A DNA stretch of 64,000 bases from Mobula hypostoma. Taxonomy: Eukaryota. Position 1 is the first letter of the stretch; each line of letters opens with the position of its first letter. The DNA lies in assembly GCF_963921235.1 (NCBI RefSeq), contig NC_086109.1, positions 27,220,001 through 27,284,000 of the forward strand, in the 5' to 3' direction. Under the pieces are notes generated by a model. The model worked only from the letters and a program-made list of their open reading frames with translations. It searched no databases and was not told where the DNA came from. The position numbers were made by a program, and so were the translations under genes. Positions 37,837 through 51,512 of the stretch are shown here, one piece after another.

Positions 37837-40800
37837 GAACATAGAACATAAGACAGTACATCAAAGGAACAGGTCCTTCAGACCACAATATCGTGACGAA
37901 CTAATTAAATAGCTAACTAAACTAATCTCTCTGGCCTAAACTATATCTATATCCTTCCATTTTCCTCACATTCATGTGCCTATTGAAACACCTCTTAAAA
38001 ATCCCCAATGTTTCTGCCTCTACCACCACCCCAGGCAGCATGTTCTAGACACACACAACTCTTTGTGTAAAAACTTGCCCTTCACATCTCCTTTGAAATT
38101 ACCCCCCTCACCTTAAATGTATGCCATCTGGTATTAGAAATTCCAACCGTGGGAAAAGTTACTGTTTGTCTGCATCTCATAATCTTATAAAACTTTATCA
38201 GATCTTCCCTCAGCCTTTGCCACTTCAGAAAAGAAAAACAACCCAAGTTTCTCCAGCCTCTTGTTATAGCACATGCCCTCTAATCCAACAGCACCCTCTG
38301 CAAAGCCTCGGTATACTTCCTATAATTGGGCAACCAGAAATGAATAATATACTCCAAATGCAGCCTAACTAGAGTTTTGTAAAGTTGCAACATAACTTCC
38401 TAACTTTTGAACTCAATGCCTTGACTAATAAAGGTAAGCATGCTATAAGCCTTCTTAACCACCCTATCATCCTGAGTCGTCACTTTCAGGGGCCTATGAA
38501 CTTGGATCCAAGATTCCTCTACTCATCAACACTGTTAAGAATCTTGCACATAACAGTGTACTGTCTGTTTACTTTTGTCCCACCAAAGTGCAGCAGTTCA
38601 CATTTGGCCAGGTTAAACTCCACCTGCCATTTCTCCACCCATATTTGTAACTGATCTATGTTGCCTTGTATTCTTTGCCTGTCCTCTATGCTAACCACAA
38701 CAGCAACAATCTTTGTATCATCTGCAATCTTTCTAACTCCCCCACTTACATTTTCATCTAGGTTATTTATATATATCACAAACAGCAGAGGTCTCAGCAC
38801 CGATTCATGCAGAACACTACTGATTACAGATCTCCAGCTAGAATAAACCTCTTTGCCAACTACTCTCTGTCTTCTACAGGCAAGCCAGTTCCTAACCCAA
38901 ATGGTCAGTTCACCATGAATCCTAAGCATCTTAATCTTCTGGAAGAACATCCCTTGGGGGACCTTGTTAAACGCATGTAGACAAGATCCACAGTTCTATC
39001 TTCATGAATCACCCTCATCAGCTCATCAAAAAACTCAATCAAGTAGAAAGTCATGCTGGCTCTCTCCAATTAGGCCATGGTTTTCCAAATGCTCATAAGT
39101 ACTCTGCCTAATAATACTCTGTCATAATTTCCCTATCACTGATGTGAGACTTACCAGTCTGTAATTTCCAGGAATATCCCTGCTTCCCATCTTGAACAAT
39201 AGAATAAGACTACTCTGGGACCCTGCCTGTGGCTAAAAAAAAACACAGAGATGTTGGTGAAGGCCTCAGCAATCTCTTCCCTTACCTCTCTCAATAACCT
39301 GATGTATATCTTATCATGCCCTGGGGGCTCATCTACTTTAATTCTCTTTAAGAGACCAAACACTCACTCCTCTTTTACCACAAAATGCCCTAGCATATCA
39401 ATATCCTTAGCACTGATCTCTCTCTCTTCCACATACTTCTTCTTGGTGAATACTGATGGAAATTACTCATTAAAGACCTCACCCCTATCCTCTGCATCCA
39501 AGTAAACCCCCAGCTTTATCCTTGAGTGATCCCACGTTCTCCCTCATTATCCTCTTGCTCTTGATGCACTGTATGTATAGAATGCCTTGGGATTCTCTTT
39601 AATCCTTCTTGCCAAGAATTTTTCACGGCCCTTCCTGACTTTCCTAATGTCCTTCCTGAGTTCTTTTCTGTCTTCTTTATAATCCTCAAGAGCTCTTGTT
39701 CATTCTGGCTTTCCAAGTTTTACATACTTTCCCTTTTCCTTCTCAACTAGATTAATCATCTCTCTCAACATGCAAAGTTCTCTTACCTTGCCAGCTGTGC
39801 CCTTCCTTCTGACAAGGACATACCTGTACTATACTCTGTGCAGTTGGTTTTTAAGCATCTTCCATAGGTCAAATGTGGAATTACCTAAAAACAGCTTTTC
39901 CCAATTAACTCTCTCTAGTTCCTTACTAATACTCTCCTAATTTGTACTACTCCAATACAAGATTCTCTGACAAAGGTCAATACTTATCAATAGCTATCTT
40001 AAAGCTTAAGGAGATGTGGTCACTGTTCCCGAACTGCTCACCCACTGCCAGTCCATCACCTGGCCAGGCTCATTAGCCAAAACCATGCCCAGTACAGCCC
40101 CTCCTCTTGTTGGACTATCTATATTGATTTAATAAACCCTCCTGAATGCACCCAACTAATTCTGCCCACCAAAACCTCTTCCACTCAGAAGTTTATATTA
40201 GTGAAGTTGAAGTTCCCCATGGTGCAGCATGGCAGTGTAGTGGTTAGCACCACACTTTACAGTACAGGTGACCCAGGTTCAGTTCCCACCAGCGACTGTA
40301 AGGAGTTTGTATGTTCTGTCAGTGACTGAGTGGGTTTCCTCCATGTACTCCGTTTCCTTCCACAGTCCAAAGATACACCAGTTGGTAGGTTAATTGGTCA
40401 CTGTAAACTGTCCGGTGATTCGGCGAGGATTAAACTGGGGGACTGATGGGCGGTGTGACTTGAAGAGCTGGAAGAGCCTATTTTGTGCTGTAGTTAAATA
40501 AACCAATAAATCGATCAATCGATCAATTAATAAATCAATAAATCAAGCAATCAATCAATCAATAAATGACAACAACCCGACTGTTTTACACCTTTTCTTC
40601 ATCTCTCTGTTTTTCCGTTCCTCAACGTCCCAGTGGCTATTTGGGCTGGTGGTGGGTCTATAATACAATCCAATCAGAGTAATTGCACCCTTCCTTTTCT
40701 GAGTTTAACCATGTAGAATCAGTGGACGAGCCCTCCATTATCACAGCTCTGATATTATCTCTGATTAGTATTGCAACTCTCCCATCTCGTTTACGTTCCT

Positions 40801-42250
40801 CTGCATCGTTCATTGAAATCCTGGGACGTTAAGCACCCATTTCTGTTTCCCTCTCAAACAAATCTCTGTAATGGCCAGAACATCATGATTCTATGTACTG
40901 ATCCATGCTCTAAGTTCATCACTTTTACACACAATACTCCAGATGAAATACACACACTTCAGACTATCTGTGTCATTGTATTATTACTTGGCTTTTTGTT
41001 TGTTTCACTGGCCCTGACATCTACCTTCCTCTCTATCCCACTACTTTATGACCTGGTGATCTGGTGCTCATTCCCCTGTCAGAGCTAGCTAATACCCTGC
41101 TGAGTAAACCTTCTGGCCAGATTAGTGAAATCCAACCCTCTTGTACAGGTTACTCCTTCCCCAGAAAAGCATTAAATGATCCAAGAACCCGAAACCCTGC
41201 CAGTTCCCCAGCCACTAATTTATCAGTACTATCACCTCATTCTTGCACTGACTAGTACTGCGAGTAATTCAGAGATTAATACCTTGGAGGTCCTGTTCTT
41301 CAGATTCTTTCTTAAATCCCCATACACACTGCGCAGGATCTCTTCCCATTTTCTACCTTTGTCATTGTTCCTGCCCGACTTTACTAGCCCTGGCATCTAC
41401 CTGCCCCTCCGTCCCATCATTCTCTGATCTGGTGCACTGTTCTCCTTTGTCAAACTAGCCAATGTGCACCACGATCTCTGGCTGCTCACCCTTCCACCTG
41501 AGAATATTCTGGAGTTGCTCTGAGACATCCTGGACCCTAACACCTGTAAGACCACAGACTAGCCTGGTATCTCTTTCACAGCCGCAAGATCTCCAATCTG
41601 TCCCCCTAACTAGTGAGTCTTCTATCACCATCACTCTGCCTAAATTTTTACCTTTACTGCCAAGCCTCAGAGCTGGCTACACTGCCACTGCCTGGTTGCT
41701 TCTGTTGTACCCTGAAAGTTCTTTCCCTAACCACAGTACGGTCCAAAGGGGTATACTTATTGCAGAGGGGAATGGACATTGGGGAGCCCAGCACCGATTG
41801 CTTACTCCCCTTAAATCTCCTGATGGTCAACCATCTACTACCTGAAGCCTGCACATCGGGTGTGATCATCTCAGTAGAAGTTTCATCTATGAGGTTTTCA
41901 GCTCTCTGGATGGTCCTGTGTACATCCAGCTCCAGCTCCAGTTCCTTGACCTGGTCAGTAGGAGCTGAGCTTGGGTGCACCTCCCGCAGATGTAGTCATT
42001 AGGGAGACCGTTACGTACCCTGCAATTCCATATCTTGCAGGAGGAGCATTCCACTGTCTTAATCACTGTCCTGTCTACACTTGTTAAACATTTGGATATG
42101 ACCTCTCAAGCTTAAGTTCTACAATCAAATAAATGATTCCAAATGACTCAGCACCCTTAGCCTCAGCCTGTTCTTGCCGAAGCCTGTTGAGCCAAAGCCT
42201 CCTACTCTAACCCTGTCCCATTCCAACAATGTTTAAACCTACCTTCTCTT
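37837..42250 (-). mobile_element. Near full-length decayed CR1 (ORF1 + ORF2)
   Basis: ORF1 QVKELELELD..WLTIRR..SIPLCNKYTPL; ORF2 IKVDEPPGHDKIYIRLLRE, KIADDTKI, EKWQVEFN; tail AGAACATAGAACAT at the left end. Confidence 0.88.
40222..40565 (+). mobile_element. tRNA-derived SINE with (TCAA)n tail, nested in CR1
   Basis: A box GGCAGTGTAGTGGTTAG, B box GGTTCAGTTCC. Confidence 0.82.
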
Positions 42251-42499
42251 TATTGGCCCTTGCTAAGTTACCAATAATCCAACCAACCTCCTGCTCTGCA
42301 GCCAAGACTTGAAAGGCCCCACTAACTTTTTAAAAGTGGAACATTTTAAAAGTGTCCATAAGGAACTGTCTCCAACTCTCTCCCTGAAAGTTATTATTAA
42401 ATTATTATATTATTTCATGCAAGTTATAACCTTGAATGAAGGATATGGAAGATAGAGTTGGACATTTGCCCAGAAAAGTAGATGAGCTGGATATGAGTC

Positions 42500-43021
42500 A
42501 GGAATGGAACAGTCTACAGTAAGTGGTGAATACAGCACAGTATATTACAGGCTCTCTCCAATACTGAGCACATTCACATGGAGCACTGCCACAAGAATAC
42601 AGCATCCATCATCAAGGACACCCACCATCCAAGCCATGCTTCCTTGTTACTACCATTGGTCATGAGGCACAGTAGGTTTATGTCCCACACTACCAGGTAC
42701 AGAACAGTTATTACCCTATTACCATCAGGCTCCTGAACCAACACAGGTAATTGCACTCACCACAACTCTGAATTGATTCTACATCCTACAGACTCACTTG
42801 CAGGGACTCTTTTCAACTTACAGTATGTTCTCAGTATTACTTTTTATTATTCAGTTTGTCTCCTTTTGCATGTTGGTTAATTGTCAGTTTTTGTTTATAT
42901 ACAATCTTTTGTAAACTCTATTGTATTTCTTTATTTTATTGTAAATGCCTGCAGAAAATGAATCTCAAGGTAGTATGTGGTGACATACATTTACCTTGAT
43001 AATAAACTTTAGTTTGACTTT
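42500..43021 (+). mobile_element. Rex1-type LINE 3' end
   Basis: LQ.VVNTAQYITG, ASIIKDTHHPSHA; similar to 16780-17345. Confidence 0.78.
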
Positions 43022-43234
43022 TGTTGGTTAATGGAACTATATTGCTTGGATCATATCCTTTCAGATATGCTGCAGCTGTTGACGTGACAATGAGACATTT
43101 TGGAATGGTATTCTGGCAGGGAGCTGCAGCTCACCTACTCAAACTGTCTGACCTTCAGCTAACCACTGTTCTATATTCCATAAAGATAGAGAGATCACAT
43201 GACAATCTTCCTTTTATTTGTTCTGCTTTATTGC

Positions 43235-44253
43235 CTTTAGTGTTCCACGAGGGTCTGTGTTGGGACTGATTCTTTTTATGTTATATGTCAATGATTTGGA
43301 TGATGGAATTGATGGCTTTGTTGCAAAGTTTGCAGGCAATATGAAGGTAAGTGGAGGGGCAGGTAGTTTTGAGGAAGTAGAGAGGATACAGAATGACTTA
43401 AACAGATTAGGAGAATGGACAAGGAAATAGCAGATGGAATACAGTGTCAGGAACTGTATGGTCATGCACTTTGGTAGAAGAAATGAAAGGGTTTACTATT
43501 TTCTAAATGAAGAGAAAATACAAAAAAACTGAGGTGCAAAGGGACTTGGGAGTCCTTGTGCAGGATTCCCTAGGTTAATTTGCAGCTTGAGTCTGTGGTG
43601 AGGAGGGCAAATGCAATGTTAGCATTCATTTCAAGAGGACTAGAATATAAAATTAATATGTAATGTTGAGACTTTATAAAGCACTGGTGAGGTCTGAAAT
43701 GGAGCATTGTAAGCATGTTTGGGTCCCTTATCTTAGAAAGGACGTGCTGAAACTGGAAAGGATTCAAAGGAGGTTCATGAAAATGATTCCAGGATTGAAT
43801 GGTTTGTCATATGAAGAGTGTTTGATGGCTCTAGGCCTGTATTGACTAGAATTCAGAAGAATGAGTGGTGACCTCATTGAAACCTTTGGAATGGTTAAAG
43901 GCCTTGATAAAGTGGATGCAGAGAGGATGTTTCCTATGGTGGGAGAGTCCAAGACCAGTGGACACAGACTCAGAATAGAGTGGTGTCCTTTTAGAAAGGA
44001 AATGAGGAGGAATTTCTTTAGCCAGAGAGTGGTGAATCTGTAGAATTCTTTGCCACAGGTAGCTGTAGAGGCCTAGTCTTTATGTATACTTAAGGCTGAA
44101 GTTGATAGATTCTTGATTAGTCAGGGAGTGAAGGGATATGAGGCAAAGGCAGCTGATTGGGATTGAGAGGAAAATTGGTTCAGCCATGATGAAATGGCGG
44201 AGAAGACTCAATGGGCCAAATGACCTAGTTCTGCTCCTATATCTTATGGTCTT
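43235..44253 (+). mobile_element. 5'-truncated CR1
   Basis: VPRGSVLG..YVNDLDDG..AKFAG, LYKALVR, RRNFFSQRVVNL; tail TCTTATGGTCTT. Confidence 0.92.
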
Positions 44254-44554
44254 CACTGATCAGTTTCCTGGACAGTGAAGGATCCGAGTATGTGAAAGCA
44301 GCAGAGAAAGCCACAGGCATCTATTTAGAAGTGGTCTGCTTGCACCAGTCAGGGAAGGACCTTGAAAAAGTGCACTAAGTTTTCTTCTAAATTCTTTTGG
44401 ACACACTCACTTTGACAAGTCAGATTCAGATTTAATATCACAGGCATATGTCGTGAAATTTATTAACCTTACAACCTTATGGCAGCAGTATAATGAAATA
44501 CATGATAAATAAATATGGAGAAAAAAACTGAGTTATATTAAGTATATATATGTC

Positions 44555-47028
44555 TATACGCAGTACCATTACGAGACTCCAGACTCAACACCCCAATGCG
44601 TTCATTGTAATACCAGGAGACTTCAACCATGTTTCTTTCTCGACAACCCTACCCACCTTCAATCAGTTTGTCAAGTGTCATACAAGAGAACATAAAACAC
44701 TGGACTCTTGTATGCAAATACTAAAGATGCGCACAGCCCTCCAGCTCTCCCCCGACTTGGAAAATCAGATCACAACCTGGTTCATCTCATACCCTTGTAC
44801 AAGCCCAAAATACAGCAACAGCTAGGTACCACCAAGATAGTAAAGAAATGGTCTCCAGTGGCCATCAAGGCCTTGAAGGGCTGCTTTGACGTTAATGACT
44901 GGAGTGTGCTTTGTGAAACATATGGGGAGGACATTAACAGCCTTACTGAGTGCATCGCTGGCTACATCAACTTCTGTGTAGATACTGTAATACCATAAAG
45001 TACTGTTTGCTGCTTCCTTAACAACAAACCATGTGTCACCAGTGATCTAAAGGCTCTTCTCAACCACAAAAATAGAGCCTTTAGATCAGAAGACAGGGAG
45101 GATTTGGAACATGTGCAGAGGGAGCTAAAGGAGAAGATCAAGGTGGCTAAAGAGGAATACAGGAGAGAGATGGAGAACATGCTTGAACAGAGTAGCACAC
45201 GGGAGGTGTGGAGAGTCATGAAGAACATCACTGGCTTCAATCAATGTAGCTGTAGAGCCTCAAAATGCAGCCATGAATGGGCTAATGAGTTAAACCAATT
45301 CTTTAATAGGTTTTACAATTGCCCTCTTGTTCACACCCCCCTCAGTGCACCAGTCCAGGTATACAGGCACTCAATGCTCCCTCAGCAACAACGCCTCCCC
45401 TCTTCACACCTCACCCCTCCAATTCAACATGTGGATGAACAACACAGGCTACCACAAGGACCTACCAGTCACTTGTTCTCCAACAAGTCCCCAGCTTCCA
45501 CCAACTCCCCAGTCATCATGGACTCATCTTTACTACTGAGCTTGTGAGAAGGGCTCTGTGGTAAATTAAACAGGGCAAAGCATTGGGACTGGATTGTGTG
45601 AACCCCAAGGTCCTGAAGGAGTGTACTGAGCAGCTGTGTGGAATTCTCCAGTGCATTGTCGATCTGAGTCTCAGCCTGGAAAGGGTCCTGACTGTGGGGA
45701 AAACATTATGTGTGGTCCCAGTACTCAAGAAGGGCCAACTGAAAGTCTTGAATGACTACTGTCCAGTGGCCCTGACCTCACACATCATGATGTCTCTAGA
45801 GAGGCTGGTCATAGCTCACCTCTGACTCCTGGTCAGATCAGCCCCCGATCCTCTGAAGTTTGTCTACCAGGAGCACATTGGAGTCAACTATGCTGTCACC
45901 TACCTGCGGAACAGAGCTTACTCCCATTTGGAAATGCAGGGCAGCAGTGATTTTGATTTCTCAAGTGCCTTCAATACCATACAGCTCTCATAGCTGCGGG
46001 AAAATCTCCATTCAATATAGATCGGCACTTCCTTTGTATTCTGGATAATGGACTATCTGACTGGCAGACCACAGTATGTGTGGCTTCAGAGCTGTTCAGA
46101 CATGTCTATAAGCAACACTGGGCCCCACGGGGGACTGTATTGGCTCTCTTTCTGTTTACCCTGTATACCTTGGAATTTAGATACAACACTGAGTCATGTT
46201 ATCTGCAGAAATTCTCTGATGACTCTGCAATAGTTGAGTGTATAAAGGGAGGACAGGAGGATGAATCTGGCGGAGGACTTTGTCAAATGGTGCAAGCTGT
46301 ATCATCTGCAGCTCAACATCAGTAAGACAGAAGAGATGGTGAAGGAGTTTAGGAAGGCCAAACCTGCACTGCTCCCTGTTCCTATTGATGCCGGGGACAT
46401 GGATGTTGTGTGGACCTACAAGTTCCTGGGGGAGCACCTGGATGACAGACTAGAATGGAGCACCATCATAACAGGCTGTATGCAAGAAGGGCCAGAGCTG
46501 CCTCTACTTCCTGAGGAGTCTGAGGTCCTTTGGAGAATGCAGTCCTCTCCATCACATGTTCTACCCATTTATTGTTGCCTGTACAATTTTCTATGCAGTG
46601 GAGTGCTGGGGCAATGGTATCAACACGGCTGATGCCAACAGGCTCAATAGACTGATTAGAAAGGCTGGCTCTGTTATAGGAGTCAAACTGGACACACTGG
46701 AGGCTGTGGTCGAACAAAGGACCTCATGGAAAATCTTGGCAATTCTGGACAATGTTTCTCACCCTCTACATGCCACCTTGGCTGAACAGGGGAGCACATT
46801 TAGTAATAGACTTAGACAACTGCACTGCTCCAAAGAGCGGTATATGAGGTCATTCTTACCCTCGGCCATTAGGCTCTATAATGAGCCAACCTACACCCCT
46901 TCCTGTTAGACTGCTTGTGGTAACTTATTTTTTTATTCTTTCTACTTCTCTTTTAATATTTATATCTGTGCACTTGGACTGCTACCATGACAATGTAATT
47001 TCCTTTGAGATCAATAAATTATCTATCT
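44555..47028 (+). mobile_element. Rex1/Babar LINE, decayed, nested in a minus-strand LINE tail (44420-47165)
   Basis: GDFNH, LGKSDHNLV, NNKP, LNDYCPVALTSHIM, LQKFSDDSAIV, RSFLPSAIRLYN. Confidence 0.9.
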
Positions 47029-47650
47029 GTTAAATAATTAAGTTAAAACAAGTAGTGCAATAAATAAACCCAGAAAAAAAAGTAGTGAGGTAGTGTTCAT
47101 GGGTTCAACGTCCATTTAGAAATCCAATGGCAGAGGGGAGGAAGCTGTTCCTGAATCGCTGAGTGTCCAGGATGAGGTTCCTTAAGTGAGTTGTAATTTC
47201 CATCTAACAAGAGGTGGAACACTGTAGAAAAGATTTACTGCTCATGTATTTGGCTCTCTTCTACATCTCTGCCAAGCACTGCTGCCTGACTGACCTTGTT
47301 ATGTTTCATGTGCCAAGATAGTGGACAGCCAAATTATAATCTATGAAATAAGGAAATAATTTATTGCACAAAGTTCCGGTCTTCTGGTGACTGATTTCTT
47401 ATGAACTGTGTCTTAATTGTTCTAACTTAATTATTTTCACTTACTCCGCAGAATGGCTTTAAGTCCTAGTCATTGCAGATCACTCAATTCACTCCCAAGA
47501 GAAATCTCAGCAGAGAGTGTTCTGCTCCATTTAGTTTGAGTGGAATGCACACTTAATCTGTTTTACTTTAAGGGGATTTACTTGTTGTTAATTTGCATAA
47601 AAGATCATGCCATTTATGTTTAAATTTACAAACATACATATTAATACATA

Positions 47651-47872
47651 CAACAGGAATTCTGCAGATGCTGGAAATTCAAGCAACATACATCAAAGTT
47701 GCTGGTGAACGCAGCAGGCCAAGCAGCATCTATAGGAAGAGGTGCAGTCGATGTTTCAGGCCGAGACTAGTGTAGTCCTGACGAAGGGTCTCGGCCTGAA
47801 ACGTCGACTGCACCTCTTCCTATAGATGCTGCTTGGCCTGCTGCGTTCACCAGCAACTTTGATGTATGTTGT
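47651..47872. mobile_element. Palindromic PLE pLTR mini-element
   Basis: TSD ATATTAATACATA (47638-47650, 47873-47885); arms ~47684-47767 and ~47787-47871 are reverse complements. Confidence 0.9.
47774..47810 (+). ncRNA. Minimal hammerhead ribozyme motif
   Basis: AGTC CTGACGA AGG GTCTCGG CCT GAAA CG TC GACT. Confidence 0.75.
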
Positions 47873-48859
47873 ATATTAATACATAGTATCTTCTTTTCTC
47901 TTTAGGGCTGCTGTAAATTCTGTACACAAGTTACATTATGAATAGCCTGCAATTGCTGTGGCATACCAAATCATAGTGCACATTGTAAAATAATGTTTGC
48001 TTAGTGCTAAGTGTTTTATGATTGTCATAAATTGTGTGCAAGTGCAAAAATTAAGTTCACAAAATCAATAGAGACTATCTTGAATCAGGATACCACTTAC
48101 AAGCCTATTTCAGAATTATAATCAAGGACTGAGATATTGGGTGGATTAGAAGATGTTGGAATGTTGGAAATACACAGCATGCCATGCAGCATCTGTGAAG
48201 AGAAAAATTATGAACAAAGGTGATCTCATCAGATGTTGCCTGAACCACTGAGCATTCCTATTTTTGTTTCAAACATTTTCCTGTTCAAATAAATAATGAA
48301 TACATGGAAATTCTTTGTAAACACTCAATATATACACTTCTGACCCTAATGAAGTGTCCATGAGTGTATTTGGCTTCATGATTTTCCTATTAATTAACAT
48401 CAGTGTTCGTGCTGATGGTAATGCTGTACCGATGCTGATACAATGCTGTCCTAGTGAGTTAACATCTGTCAAGAAACAAGCCTATGCCCATAAGTTTGTC
48501 ATTTTTGCTGTTCTAGAAATCATAAAAATAGCTACTAAGTTGACAAAGAAATTCTGTGAAGAGTTCAAAAAATTAATGGGAGGCGAGATAATCTTTGAGG
48601 ATTTTTCCCCCCAGGATTTGCATTAGGGTTATAAAACTATAATACAAGACGCAAACTTGGAAGCAGCTTTTTTTTTAACAGACTTAAAAGTTTAGAAATA
48701 GGGCAGCTGTTTGTCTTCTTGTTAGTAGATGGTGACAGGTGCAAACCAAGGTAAGTTTATTAAGGAAGATGAATGTCAGAGGAAGAAAGGAGCAAGGGCT
48801 GGGAAACAAGGAAAATCGGCTATGCTAAAACGTTTGCTGTGTTTGATTGGAGCAAAGCT

Positions 48860-50428
48860 TAGTCATAGTCATACCTTATTGATCCCGGGGGAAATTGGTT
48901 TTCGTTACAGTTGCACCATAAATAATAAATAGTAATAGAATCATAAATAGTTAAATAGTAATATGTAAATTATGCCAGTAAATATTGAAAAAAGTCCAGG
49001 ACCAGCCTATTGGCTCAGGGTGTCTGACCCTCCAAGGGAGGAGTTGTAAAGTTTGATGGCCACAGGCAGGAATGACTTCCTATGACGCTCTGTGCTGCAT
49101 CTTGGAGGAATGAGTCTCTGGCTGAATGTACTCCTGTGCCCACCCAGTACATTATGTAGTGGATGGGAGACATTGACCAAGATGGCATGCAACTTAGACA
49201 GCATCCTCTTTTCAGACACCACCGTGAGAGAGTCCAGTTCCATCCCCACAACATCACTGGCCTTACGAATGAGTTTGTTGATTCTGTTGGTGTCTGCTAC
49301 CCTCAGCCTGCTGCCCCAGCACACAACAGCAAACATGATAGCACTGGCCACCACAGACTCGTAAAATATCCTCAATATCGTCCGGCAGATGTTAAAAGAC
49401 CTCAGTCTCCTCAGGAAATAGAGACGGCTCTGACCCTTCTTGTAGACATCCTCAGTGTTCTTTGACCAGTCCAGTTTATTGTCAATTCATATCCCCAGGT
49501 ATTTGTAATCCTCCACCATGTCCACACTGACCTCCTGGATGGAAACAGGGGTCACCGGTACCTTAGATCTCCTCAGGTCTACCACCAGCTCCTTAGTCTT
49601 TTTCACATTAAGCTGCAAATAATTCTGCTAACACCATGTGACAAAGTTTCCTACCGTAGCCCTGTACTCAACCTCATCTCCCTTGCTGATGCATCCAACT
49701 ATGGCAGAGTCATCAGAAAACTTCTGAAGATGACAAGACTCTGTGTAGTAGTTGAAGTCCGAGGTGTAAATGGTGAAGAGAAAGGGAGACAAGACAGTCC
49801 GCTGTGGAGCCCCAGTGCTGTTGATCACTCTGTCGGACACACAGTGTTGCAAGCACATGTACTGTGGTCTGCCAGTCAGGTAATCAAGAATCCATGATAC
49901 CAGGGTAGCATCCACCTGCATCGCTGTCAGCTTCTCCCCCAGCACAGCAGGGCAGATGGTGTTGAACGCACTGGAGAAGTCAAAAAACATGACCCTCACA
50001 GTGTTCGCTGGCTTGTCCAGGTGGGTGTAGACACGGTTCAGCAGGTAGACAATGGCATCCTCAACTCCTAGTCGGGGCTGGTAGACGAACTGGAGGGGAT
50101 CTAAGTGTGGCCTGACCATAAGCCGGAGCAGCTCCAGAACAAGTCTCTCTAGGGTTTTCATGATGTGGGAGGTCAATGCCACCGGTCTGTAGTCATTGAG
50201 GCCCTGGGGCGTGGCATCTTTGGCACAGGGACGAGGCAGGACGTCTTCCACAGTACAGGAACCCTTCGGAGCCTCAGGCTCATGTTGAATACATGGCAAA
50301 GTACTCCACATAGCTGAGGGGCACAGGCTTTGAGCACCCATGTACTGACACCATCCGGTCCTGCAGCCTTGCTTGGGTTGAGACATTTCAGCTGTCTTCT
50401 CACCTGTTCAGCCGTGAAGCCCAACATG
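48860..50428 (-). mobile_element. Young 5'-truncated Rex1/Babar LINE (RT)
   Basis: KAAGPDG, LNDYRPVALTSHIMKTLE, FFDFSSAFNTI, LQKFSDDSAIVG, KSFLPVAIKLYNSS; few disruptions. Confidence 0.93.
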
Positions 50429-50479
50429 TCAATTCCTGTGCAACTGTTCAGAGCAATCCTACTCTAAGAAGCTATTTCC

Positions 50480-50766
50480 TGTTTACTTCACTCTTATCAC
50501 TGAATAACTTCACTCACCTCAATGCTGAAATGGATCCACAACCTATAGACTCATTGTCAAGAACTCTACAACTTAGTAATTATTTATTTACTTTTTTATT
50601 ATTTGCATGATTTATCTTCATTTGTACATTGGTTGTTTGCCAGTCTTTGAATTTATAGTTTTTCATAAACTCGATTGTATTTCTTTGTTTTCCTGTAAAT
50701 GCCTGCAAGGAAACAAATCTCAAGGTAGTATTTGGCGGCATAATAATAAATTTACTTTGAACTTTA
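50480..50766 (+). repeat. Rex1-type LINE 3' UTR
   Basis: Tail AATAAATTTACTTTGAACTTT, as at 17320-17345. Confidence 0.7.
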
Positions 50767-50919
50767 GATAAAGGCTGTTTCCTCCACTGTCTTAATTAGA
50801 GTACCAAATATTGATACTCCTTGGATATTTTTATTTGATGTTAATTCATCCAGGTCCAAGGCAGCTTAGCAGTAAACCATCAAAACGTGTCAAGAACAGT
50901 AGTCCAGAGATTCTTCACA

Positions 50920-51512
50920 AATGAAGTGCAGCTCTCCGGTGAAAAATGATGTTGTATCTGTTAAATAGGGGCCGTGGACATTTCCGATTTGATGGAGAAT
51001 GGACGTGAAATCACAGAGGAACATCTGGAGAAATTTCTGAAACGCCCGTCCGCTGCTGTCATTACTGTGTGGTCGGGAATCTTTCGGAGGGTAGGCCTCA
51101 AAGTCCCCGGCCTTGCCTGCTTTTGGCGAACAAGAAAGAGGTTGAATCACTCGGACAGAGATGGTGCTCAGTACTCGTGTCGCAGAGCTGATCAGAGCTC
51201 AAAGTTTTCGGATGACTCAGAGTCGGATTGTGGTTGGCATGGCAGGGAGTTTTTCTTCCCTCTCCCGTCTGCGTGAGATGTGGGACATTTGAGAAACTTT
51301 AAACTTTACTGTGCTCACGGACTTTCTTCATCAAGTTATGGTATTGTGCACTGTTGTAACTATATGTATAATTATGTGGTTTTGTCAGTTTTTTCAGTCT
51401 TGGTTTGTCCTGTGTTTTTGTGATATCACACTGGAGGAAATGTATCATTTCTTAATGCATGTATTACTAAATGACAATAAAAGGGGACTACGCGTCTTCA
51501 TAATCTAAAAAA
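50920..51512 (+). repeat. CpG-retaining non-coding interspersed retro-repeat, family unassigned
   Basis: CpG-rich 5' half; LINE-like 3' UTR with AATAAA and A-tail; no recognisable ORF. Confidence 0.45.
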
